From positions 1,408 to 65,407 of the forward strand of contig CAMPCR010000002.1 of assembly GCA_946646575.1 (NCBI GenBank): DNA of 64,000 nt. Reading direction: 5' to 3'. The first letter of the stretch is position 1, and each line of letters opens with the position of its first letter. Source of the stretch: an uncultured Verrucomicrobiota bacterium. GTDB lineage: Bacteria > Verrucomicrobiota > Verrucomicrobiia > Opitutales > UBA9783. The position numbers were made by a program, and so were the translations under genes. This document shows positions 26,025 to 38,142 of the stretch, one piece after another. The notes beneath the pieces are model-generated. The model had not been told where the DNA came from, ran no database searches, and saw nothing but the letters and a program-made list of their open reading frames with translations.

Positions 26025-26350
26025 GGCAGGATTGGAAGGATTGCCGTTTGTTTTTACGGAAAAAAATCAAACGAGTGAGTTGTGTGTTCGGGATGTTCTT
26101 GGTTGTTTTTTAAATCGGATTTTAGGCGGAGTATTTGCGATAAGTGTGTTTGCCTTTTGTGCCCGTGTTGTTCGGAGTTTTCGGAACAAGATGCGTTATT
26201 TGCTTTTTCCAAGAAGGGCGTGAGCCAATTATATTTTAATACCAATCCGGCTTATCCCATGTGGCACGTCTCAAATGGTCACATAAAACACGTTCCGCCG
26301 ACGCAATGACAGATAAATCCTGCACCGACGGAGCGTGTTTTTAATTTCTT

Positions 26351-27382
<1,032 letters not shown>

Positions 27383-27695
27383 TTATTATAAGCGTTTTCG
27401 GAGCGAGAGACAAGTGCACTTGCGGCGCGATGGGCATGGCATTCTATCGGCAATTGAAGGCATTTTCGGCAATCATCTTATGTTCAACAGCTTTATATGA
27501 GTACGGGCTATGATGCTGTTACCAAACCGTTAAAAGTGCCCGACGAGTTCCGTTTGCGATTTTTTTATGTATATCGAAGTTTTCTTTGAAAGAGACCGAA
27601 GTACGTTTTTTTAAAAAACAACTCTACTCTTCTCGGTTGTACGCATCTTTTTACGCAGGCAGTCGAAGGAATTTTCGGCGACGTTCCTGCGACTT

Positions 27696-29492
27696 TTAAA
27701 CAGCCGCCATTGCCGCAACGGCTTCATTACCGTGAACCAAATGCGATTGCCGTTCCAATGCATCGACCAGTTCTTTAAATTCTTCGTTCGACTGATATAA
27801 ACCGTCGAAAGTGCCTTCTGCGGCGATGCGCCCCTCCTTCATGTACACGAGGCGATTGCACATTTTTAATGTGCCGAGGCGATGGGCGATGGCAATCACG
27901 GTGCATTTGCCCTTTAACGAAGCAATAACATTCGAAATTTTTTCTTCCGTTAATGCATCCAGGGAGGCTGTGGCTTCATCCAGAATGAGCAACTTCGGAT
28001 TGCCGTACAATGCGCGTGCAATCGCAATTCGCTGTTTCTGTCCGCCCGAGATGTTTTTCCCGTTTTCCGCAAGATACATATTCGACCGGAATTCGTCCAA
28101 TTGCGCCATTTTTAAAACACGTTCGACCTGTTCAGAATTCGGTTCGCGTCCGAAAATAACATTCTCTGAGACCGTTCCCGTGATGATGCAGGGATTCTGC
28201 GAAACATAACCGAAAAACGGCGCCAGCTGATTGTGCGCCGTGATGATATTCCCGTCGACGGAATAAGTACCTTTTGTCGGCGGCAATAACCCTAAAATCA
28301 TATCCACGAGCGTTGTTTTCCCCGCACCCGACTTTCCCGTCAATCCGACAAAGTCGCCCTCGTTAACGGTCAGACAAACATCATGCAGAACCTCTTTTTT
28401 TGTCTCCGTATCATAACAAAAACAAACCTGTTCCAATCGTAACCGGTGCTTAAAAGTCACGCGTTCTCCGTCATACGGCGGCAACTGATGCTCTAACAGC
28501 TGCCGATAGAAATCATTGAGATAAACGACGCTGCTTTTGTAAGCATCGATTTGTTGTTTTGCCACGCAAAAACGATTAAAGTACGGCAGAATGCGCACGA
28601 TGCAAACAACCAAAAACGTGATTTGCTGCATCAAAACCGAAAACGGATAAACAAAATGCAGGAGAAGAATCGTTGCGGCGATGCAGATAAGACCGAGGAA
28701 TTCAAGGAGAAAGGGTTGATTTTGCACTCGACATGCAAGTTGCTGTTCCGTTCGTTTCCACTTATCAAAAGCGGTTAACAAAGTGTCTAAAGATGGAATT
28801 TTGCAAAAAAAACTCAGCATTTCCTTAAGAGTGTTTACTTTGGTATTAAGTGCTTGTTCTTTGTTTTGGTAGAGTTCGTGAAGATCTTGAGTTTTCAGGT
28901 GCCGTTTTTTTAAAGTTTTTTTGATAACGCAACTAATAACGGCGAATAAAAAAAACGATGATGTTATGATGGGGGAAAAAAAGAACAACATGATTAAGAT
29001 GGTGAAAAAAAGAGAACCGTTTATCCCGTACAGAGAGAGAGCTGCAATATAAGCGGTAGCATTTGTACCTACGCAGGCACTATATGCCGTTTGTAACTCG
29101 CAGTGTTTATGTTTTTGCAGAAAAATGTATGTCGCGTTATATTCCAAACGAGACAGTTTTTCAACCGTGTTGTGAACAAATATTACGATGGTTTTGTAAC
29201 TCAGGTAATTGCATAAAATCGACAGCAAATCCTTCAAAACAATCGAAACAATACAAATACCGATGAGCCCCGCGATGATGCTTGTTTGCGGAATATCCGC
29301 AAGCCACGGCGGCAGAACGGTGTAAAGTTTTTCGGGATTTAAAATAAGCTGCAACGCCGGAAGAAGTATCGATAACCCGAAGCACTCCAGAAAAACGCAG
29401 ACAAAGGAGAGGATGCCGTACATGATGAAGCGTTTTTTTTGATCGGTCAGAAAATTTTTGTAGAGTTCCTTGAAAATTCGGAAGTTTTCCAT
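27696..29492 (-). CDS. ABC exporter, fused permease/ATPase (MsbA-like type 1 exporter)
   Basis: The N-terminal half is hydrophobic and multi-TM. The NBD has Walker A GKSGAGKTT, signature ISGGQKQR and Walker B LLILDEATASLD. Confidence 0.85.
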   Translation of the reverse strand: MENFRIFKELYKNFLTDQKKRFIMYGILSFVCVFLECFGLSILLPALQLILNPEKLYTVLPPWLADIPQTSIIAGLIGICIVSIVLKDLLSILCNYLSYKTIVIFVHNTVEKLSRLEYNATYIFLQKHKHCELQTAYSACVGTNATAYIAALSLYGINGSLFFTILIMLFFFSPIITSSFFLFAVISCVIKKTLKKRHLKTQDLHELYQNKEQALNTKVNTLKEMLSFFCKIPSLDTLLTAFDKWKRTEQQLACRVQNQPFLLEFLGLICIAATILLLHFVYPFSVLMQQITFLVVCIVRILPYFNRFCVAKQQIDAYKSSVVYLNDFYRQLLEHQLPPYDGERVTFKHRLRLEQVCFCYDTETKKEVLHDVCLTVNEGDFVGLTGKSGAGKTTLVDMILGLLPPTKGTYSVDGNIITAHNQLAPFFGYVSQNPCIITGTVSENVIFGREPNSEQVERVLKMAQLDEFRSNMYLAENGKNISGGQKQRIAIARALYGNPKLLILDEATASLDALTEEKISNVIASLKGKCTVIAIAHRLGTLKMCNRLVYMKEGRIAAEGTFDGLYQSNEEFKELVDALERQSHLVHGNEAVAAMAAV

Positions 29493-29638
29493 GATTGTTC
29501 AGAACATTAAAAGGCGCCCATCGGGAAGCGACCGACATTTTTGTGTGTCGTGGGCGTCGATAGGGTTTTTGAATTTGGAAAATGCAAAAGGAACTTGCGA
29601 AGGAGGTTGCAAAACATCCTCTTCAAGGGAACAAAATC

Positions 29639-29650
29639 GGGGGGGGGGGG
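29639..29650. repeat. Homopolymeric G12 (C12) tract in a divergent intergenic region
   Basis: Counted directly: g at 29639-29650. It lies between the ABC exporter start (29492, minus strand) and the rpmB start (29868, plus strand). Confidence 0.95.
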
Positions 29651-29867
29651 CAAGAAAAATATGCATTTTTTTAATCTTTACGAACGAAACATTTGCTTTT
29701 TTTAAAAGCACCTTCTCGGAATACAGGCTTCGAGTGTGGTTGAAATTAACGGCAGGATTTAAACAATGTGCGTCGGCGTCGGTTTTTGCAGGCAACGCGT
29801 TTTTCGAAAAAGCTTGCGGTGAAGAATAAAAATCCGTTCCATGAAGGCAGTATCTCGGGAGCATTCT

Positions 29868-30104
29868 ATGGCACGTATTTGTTTTATCACGGGGAAGAAG
29901 CGCGTGATCGGTTCGCGCATCAGTCGGAAAGGTCAATCGAAGAAGAGCGGCGGTATCGGGACGCACGTGACGAAGAAATGGCCGCGCATTTTTAAGCCGA
30001 ACCTGCAACGCGTGAAGATCAAACTTCCGAACGGGCAGGTGCGTCGCGTTTGGGTGGCGGTGAAAGCGATTAAAGCCGGTTTGGTCGAGAAGGTTGTTTC
30101 GTAG
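29868..30104 (+). CDS. rpmB: 50S ribosomal protein L28
   Basis: MARICFITGKKRVIGSRISRKG...FKPNLQRVKIKLPNGQVRRVWVAVKAIKAG. The start was trimmed from tracked 29841 to ATG 29868. Confidence 0.85.
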   Translation: MARICFITGKKRVIGSRISRKGQSKKSGGIGTHVTKKWPRIFKPNLQRVKIKLPNGQVRRVWVAVKAIKAGLVEKVVS

Positions 30105-30428
30105 GTTCGTGCCGGCGTGCCGTTTGAAGCGCGCATCGGGTGTTGTCTGCGGTTTCCGTGTGTTGGCTTGCGCTCTTTGTAATCCGCGGACACTGTGTGG
30201 TGGTGCTTTATGCGTTTTTGACCCGTTTCCGAAGTGTTTAGGTTGAGCGTTGCGGTTGTTTTCGGTGCAACGCATAGTCGGTGATAACAGACGGAGCGGG
30301 TTTTGTGCGGATAGCGGTGAGGATCGATAGTAAGACAGCCGGTGTTGGGGTACTGTTGTAAGGCGTGTAACGGTGGAAGTGGCGGGAGCTGTGCCCGATG
30401 ATTTTTCACACGTTGTCTTTCCTTCTTT

Positions 30429-31400
30429 ATGTATGTTTCGGAGGCGTTGCAATCATTGACGGTGTACCTGTGGCGTCACGGAATTGAGCATCCTAGTACC
30501 GACGCCGAATGGTTGTTGTCGTTTGTGATCGGTTGCAAACGTTTGGAGTTGTTTTTAACACCTGACCGCGTGCTGACGGCGGAGCAGACGGAGCGGTTGC
30601 GGGCGTTATCCGTGCGTCGTGCGCGGCGGGAGCCGTTGCAGTATATCGTCGGAGAGGTTGATTTTTTCGGGCAGAAACTGCACGTCGATCAACGCGTGCT
30701 CATTCCGCGTCCCGAAACGGAGGAGTTGGTGTATCAAATGCAGCAATATCTGACGGAAAATTTTTTTAAAGAACCATCGGGTTCGCCGGATATTGCGGAT
30801 GAAAAACAGAAGTGTTTGGCAATTTTGGATCTCGGAACGGGCAGCGGAGCGATTGCGATTGCTTTAGCGGCGTTGTTCCCGATTATAAAACTCACGGCGG
30901 TCGATTGTTCGGCGGAGGCATTGGCGGTTGCCGAAAAGAATTCGATTGAAAATAATGTTCGGGAGCGCATCTCTTTCGTACAAAGCAACTGGTTTTTGAA
31001 CATCAAAGGAACGTTTGATGTGATTATTTCCAATCCTCCTTATGTGAGTGAGGAAGAATATCGATCGTTACAACCGGAAGTGCGTTGTTTCGAACCGAAG
31101 AGTGCTTTAACGGCGGGTGAAGAGGGTTTGGCGGACTTGAAACACATTCTTTCAAAGGCACCCGAGTATTTGAAGTGCGGCGGTTTGTTGGTTATGGAAA
31201 CCGGGTGTACCCAACATACTGCTTTGCATGCGTATGCAAAAACGCTCGGTTATGCCAAGACGCAATCGACGCTTGATTTATCGCATCGGGAGCGTTATTT
31301 CTGGGCGTGGGTTAGAGGTGCATCGGGTGATGGCGCCTCCGTCTTTAGACAGCGATTGTCACGGGGTTGCGCCGATAAAAATTATGTGTTGCTCGATTGA
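30429..31400 (+). CDS. prmC: Release-factor glutamine N5-methyltransferase (HemK/PrmC)
   Basis: Contains LDLGTGSGAIAIALA (SAM site), the ISNPPY motif and REPLQYI. Confidence 0.85.
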   Translation: MYVSEALQSLTVYLWRHGIEHPSTDAEWLLSFVIGCKRLELFLTPDRVLTAEQTERLRALSVRRARREPLQYIVGEVDFFGQKLHVDQRVLIPRPETEELVYQMQQYLTENFFKEPSGSPDIADEKQKCLAILDLGTGSGAIAIALAALFPIIKLTAVDCSAEALAVAEKNSIENNVRERISFVQSNWFLNIKGTFDVIISNPPYVSEEEYRSLQPEVRCFEPKSALTAGEEGLADLKHILSKAPEYLKCGGLLVMETGCTQHTALHAYAKTLGYAKTQSTLDLSHRERYFWAWVRGASGDGASVFRQRLSRGCADKNYVLLD

Positions 31401-31446
31401 ATCGGCTTTAAATAAACAGGGTTGCGGGTGTTTTTTTTAAAGGAGT

Positions 31447-32178
31447 ATGAAACGCGTTTTACTCAAATTAAGCGGCGAATTTTTAAAGAACGAAGCCTTT
31501 TTATGGGATATTGAAAAAATTGATACCGTTATCGATCAACTGAAACATCTGCACGATGAAGGTTTCCAAATCGCGCTCGTGATCGGCGGTGGGAATATCT
31601 TCCGCGGCGGTCGCAACGGTTATATTTTGGAGCGTTGTGTTGCCGATGAAATCGGTATGGCGGCGACGTGCCTGAATGCGTTGTTTCTGCGGGCATGCTT
31701 CCAAAAATTTGAATTGCCTGCGGTGATTTTCGGCACTTCCTTGTGCGGCGGAAGCATCGAGGCTTTCGATTTGCAACGTGCACGGCAGGCGTTGTCGGAC
31801 GGAACGATTGTCTTGTTTGCCGGCGGGACGGGGCATGCGTTCTTTTCAACCGATACCGCGGCGGCGTTGCGCGCCTGCGAAATAAAAGCCGATCTTTTGT
31901 TAAAAGCGACCGACGTCGACGGTATTTTTAACAAAGATCCGAAGCGCTTTTCGGATGCAAAGCGTTTCGAACATTTGACATATGAAGAAGCGTGCGAAGG
32001 GCATTACGCGGTGATGGACGGGTGCGCGTTCGAATTGTGTCGCGAGCAACGGATGCCGCTATTTGTGTTTAACGTTCACCGACCGAACGCGATTTACGGA
32101 GCGGCGCGCGGAAAAGGGATCGGAACGCGGGTGAGGGAGGGAGGTGTCGAAGTTCTCTTATCAAGCGGGTCTGTTTAA
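31447..32178 (+). CDS. pyrH: UMP kinase
   Basis: Contains MKRVLLKLSGEFL, VIGGGNIFRG and ATDVDGIFNKDP. Confidence 0.9.
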   Translation: MKRVLLKLSGEFLKNEAFLWDIEKIDTVIDQLKHLHDEGFQIALVIGGGNIFRGGRNGYILERCVADEIGMAATCLNALFLRACFQKFELPAVIFGTSLCGGSIEAFDLQRARQALSDGTIVLFAGGTGHAFFSTDTAAALRACEIKADLLLKATDVDGIFNKDPKRFSDAKRFEHLTYEEACEGHYAVMDGCAFELCREQRMPLFVFNVHRPNAIYGAARGKGIGTRVREGGVEVLLSSGSV

Positions 32179-32316
32179 GACGGATGTACGACGGGTTGAT
32201 GGTTGTTGATGCCTTTTTGTTTTATTCCCACAAAGACGGGTTTGAAAAGATTTCGCGGGTTTACAGTTCAACCCTTGTGCTTTCCCCTGCCCTCCCGAAT
32301 ACTTCCGTGTGTGTTT

Positions 32317-32646
32317 TCAGGTTTTCGATGCGATAATCCGATTAAGCGCGACATCGTCCAGCCCGACCGAGATCGTGTCGCTGTGCGGTTGCGGTGTGCT
32401 TTGCGTGACATATTTTGACTGCGGAAACGCGGATTTTCCGCTCGCAACGGCATTCACCGTTCTTTGGACACCGTCGTGACGGGCATTCAGATGCGCAACG
32501 TTGATGTTTTTTACAAGGGCGTTTTCGGAGAAGTTCCCGACGGCGTTTTTGGAAACGGACGAAGCATCGCCTCCTGCCGGGACAAGCCCGGAAAGTTCCG
32601 TAGAGGCTTGGATTCCGATCTGTGAAGATATGCGGTTGTCGGTCAT
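32317..32646 (-). CDS. Hypothetical protein (109 aa), antisense-oriented between pyrH and frr
   Basis: This is the only sizeable ORF in the 670-bp pyrH-frr gap. Its N-terminus is S/T/N/Q/G-rich (MTDNRISSQIGIQASTELSGLVPAGGDASS). I recognised no family, and coding status is uncertain. Confidence 0.35.
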   Translation of the reverse strand: MTDNRISSQIGIQASTELSGLVPAGGDASSVSKNAVGNFSENALVKNINVAHLNARHDGVQRTVNAVASGKSAFPQSKYVTQSTPQPHSDTISVGLDDVALNRIIASKT

Positions 32647-32848
32647 AAGATCCTTTGTTCTATTGTATCAAAAATATCGGACGATTTTCGGATTTTTTTA
32701 TCAAAAATTCGGGTTCACGGATGTTTTTCGAATGCAAAGTACTTTGGATAACCGCCTTTGACCGATGTCCGCAGTTGAAATCGTCCGTGAAGCGTGTACA
32801 TCGTGTTCCTCGTTGCTTTTATTCGATAAACGTCATAGAGTGAGAGCG

Positions 32849-33409
32849 ATGGATTTTAACGCAATTTTGAAACCCGCCGAGATGGCGATGCAACAATCGG
32901 TTGATCATACGCAAAGGCAGTTTGGCACGTTGCACACAGGGAAGGCGTCACCGCAGATGCTGGAAAACGTGCTTATTGAGGTGTATGGTTCGAAGATGCG
33001 TTTAAAAGATATTGCGTCGATTACCACGCCCGATGCGCGTACGTTGCGCGTTCAACCGTGGGATAAAACCAATTTAAAACCCATTGAAAAGGGTATCTTA
33101 CTGGCGAATTTGGGCATCAATGCCTCCGTGATGGGCGAAAGCGTCCATTGTCCGTTGCCGGAATTGAGTCGCGAACGTCGCGCGGAACTTGTGAAACTCG
33201 CGGGCGGCATGGCGGAAGAGGGCAAAGTTTCCGTGCGCGGTTGCCGTCGCGACGCATTGGAAAAGGTCAAGGAAATGAAAAAAGCCGGCACCTGCACGGA
33301 GGACGACGTCAAAAAGCTCGAAAAGGAAATTCAAACCCTGACCGACCGTTATGTGAGGAAAATCGATGCGCTTTTGGAGGAAAAATCGCGGGAATTGACG
33401 GCGGTGTAG
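32849..33409 (+). CDS. frr: Ribosome recycling factor
   Basis: MDFNAILKPAEMAMQQSVDH...TLRVQPWDKTNLKPIEKGILLANLGINAS. The start was trimmed from tracked 32765 to ATG 32849. Confidence 0.9.
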   Translation: MDFNAILKPAEMAMQQSVDHTQRQFGTLHTGKASPQMLENVLIEVYGSKMRLKDIASITTPDARTLRVQPWDKTNLKPIEKGILLANLGINASVMGESVHCPLPELSRERRAELVKLAGGMAEEGKVSVRGCRRDALEKVKEMKKAGTCTEDDVKKLEKEIQTLTDRYVRKIDALLEEKSRELTAV

Positions 33410-33515
33410 CGCAGGTCGGTTTAAACGAATTATTTGCGTTTTCGTTCTTCAATCGTCAAGAGGGTGTTGTTCGCGCAGAGGTTTGTAGTGTGGTTTTGAG
33501 AGAATCAGGCAAGTG

Positions 33516-35405
33516 TCAAAGGTTGCTGCGGAGTTTTTTTTGTTGTTCAAGCTGCTTAAGACGTTCCAAGGTAGCTTTTGCCGCCGTTTGGATGTCTTTA
33601 TTTTCGTTGGTCGATAATTCCTCTAGCAAATTTTCATCTTCGTTATCAAGGGCGTCCTTGAGTTTAAGAAAATCAATGATTTCGTTGCGTACGTTTTCAT
33701 CTCCCAAATCATCAATTTGAAGATTTTGTCGCGTTTGTTCGATATCCATGTTAAGGATACCATTCGATTTTCTATCGGAAGCGTACAATTTTGCGGCTTC
33801 CGATAATCGTTTTCTTCTTAAGAAATTTGTTTCAAAATTCACTTTTTGTTCACTTTGTTCACGCAGATATTTGGGTAGATTACTTTCTAGGTTTCTGATT
33901 TTTTGAGCCAACGGTGTATTCGGTGTATTGCCTTTTAGCGTTTTGAAATATTCGACAAGGAAAATGCAATCTTCGTCTTTCAGCAGTATATTGTCATTCG
34001 ATAGTAGTTCTTCGAAAGTCTTGTTACTGTCAGGAGATGTCTGCAGTGTCAGCAGAATTTCGAGCAGTTGCAACTTTTGCAGCAGCTCGATCGAAGCGGA
34101 GCTGCTACTTTTCTTCTTAATCGTTTTAAGCCGATCGAGTACGCTTGATGCGTGATCCTTTCCCATTCTTTTTTGTACGATGCATTCGAAATTACCTTTG
34201 ATAAAATTCGACATTTCTTTATCTTCTTGTTCCGCATATGCTTCCATGATGTCCTTATACAACTCCGTGTATTGGACATATGTTTCCCGAGGCATGACTT
34301 TCTCAAATGTTTTTTCTGATTTCTTGCTCGGAATACACGCCTTCGAAAGTTCCGCGAAGGCATCTTTCAGCGATTCAATGTCGTCTTTCGAAAGATTCTT
34401 GTTCGGAAGCCTTCTACCGTCCTTTTCTTTAATCGTCAGTTTTTCTACAGTACATCGCCAATTGTCTATGAGTGGTTTTAGTTCCTTTTTTTTTGCTTGC
34501 AGTTTTTCTTTGTTTTCTTCAGTAGCAGTGTCGGGGTAAAGTCGTTCCAGAAACGGAAGCCATATTTTTCTGTTACAACTGTTCAAGGTCTTTAACTGAT
34601 CTTTTAAGAAAGGACTTCTCGTTGAATTCTCGCATGGAATCCAGTCATGTTTCAGAGTGCTATCAAGTTTTTCAAGTTTTTCCTTGAGACCTTGATGTAT
34701 CTTATCCATGAGTTTTCCGTTAAAGATATCCTTTACCTCGGTCAACGAAAAATTTCTACTACGTCCTTGAACGTCGATGAGTTGCTGTTTTGCATCATAG
34801 TAACATTCCGCAATCGTAAGACTTCGCGCCAGTGCTTTGTAAAATTTGAGACAGTCGACCAGGAGTTTTCGGTTTTTCATAGACGGAAGACACTGTTTGA
34901 TTTTATCAAAGTTTGTTCGGATTTGCTCTTGAATGCTTTTGTACTCCTCAGGGTGCATTTTGATATTACGCATTTCCAATTCATTTTTTTTGAGTTCTTT
35001 TCGCTTCTCTTCATTTGCGTTGCATTCAATTTTGAGATTTTTATTTAGTTGTTCCTTGAATGCGTCAAAATGTTTTTCGAGCGATATCTCGATATCCTCT
35101 GCTTTACTCTGATTACCGAAAATCAATGCATAAACCGCGTGCCCGAACGCTTTCAGCGCATCGAGAATCTTGCCGCCGATGCTTTTCGGTTTAACGTTAT
35201 CAACGGGACGGATGATGCGGGATTTTTCCGGTTGATGCAGATCGTTCAGAAAGGTTTTATTGAATGTCTGCAACGTTTCGGCGGTGACCATCGGTTGCGG
35301 ATTGATTTGAACGTTGATTGCTTTACCGTTTTCGTCGAGCGTTTGCATTTCGACGGTTACGGGTTGATGGGGAATGGGTGCAGGAGTGCCGAACGTACCG
35401 CTCAT
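33516..35405 (-). CDS. Large coiled-coil orphan protein (629 aa), effector-like
   Basis: AT-rich. The start was set at ATG 35405 (MSGTFGTPAPIPHQP...) so that it does not overlap the gyrB leader. Beyond the first ~100 residues it is K/E/L/N-rich with heptad-like sequence. I recognised no family. Confidence 0.75.
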   Translation of the reverse strand: MSGTFGTPAPIPHQPVTVEMQTLDENGKAINVQINPQPMVTAETLQTFNKTFLNDLHQPEKSRIIRPVDNVKPKSIGGKILDALKAFGHAVYALIFGNQSKAEDIEISLEKHFDAFKEQLNKNLKIECNANEEKRKELKKNELEMRNIKMHPEEYKSIQEQIRTNFDKIKQCLPSMKNRKLLVDCLKFYKALARSLTIAECYYDAKQQLIDVQGRSRNFSLTEVKDIFNGKLMDKIHQGLKEKLEKLDSTLKHDWIPCENSTRSPFLKDQLKTLNSCNRKIWLPFLERLYPDTATEENKEKLQAKKKELKPLIDNWRCTVEKLTIKEKDGRRLPNKNLSKDDIESLKDAFAELSKACIPSKKSEKTFEKVMPRETYVQYTELYKDIMEAYAEQEDKEMSNFIKGNFECIVQKRMGKDHASSVLDRLKTIKKKSSSSASIELLQKLQLLEILLTLQTSPDSNKTFEELLSNDNILLKDEDCIFLVEYFKTLKGNTPNTPLAQKIRNLESNLPKYLREQSEQKVNFETNFLRRKRLSEAAKLYASDRKSNGILNMDIEQTRQNLQIDDLGDENVRNEIIDFLKLKDALDNEDENLLEELSTNENKDIQTAAKATLERLKQLEQQKKLRSNL

Positions 35406-35418
35406 ACCACAAATATAA

Positions 35419-38103
<2,685 letters not shown>

Positions 38104-38142
38104 GATCAGGATAGTTCGGTTGCAGTTACGGCGGTCGGTTTT

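Noticed and set aside
29499-30452. A 317-aa minus-strand ORF (with nested ORF 29933..30409) spanning the rpmB region.
   Set aside because: It is antisense to the well-supported L28 gene and to intergenic DNA. The translation is R/P/T/H-rich and low in complexity, with no recognisable domain.
38104-38142. A possible terminator in the 39-bp gap between the convergent gyrB and 38143..40131 genes.
   Set aside because: There is a T-run (ggtcggtttttt), but I could not find a convincing complementary stem.
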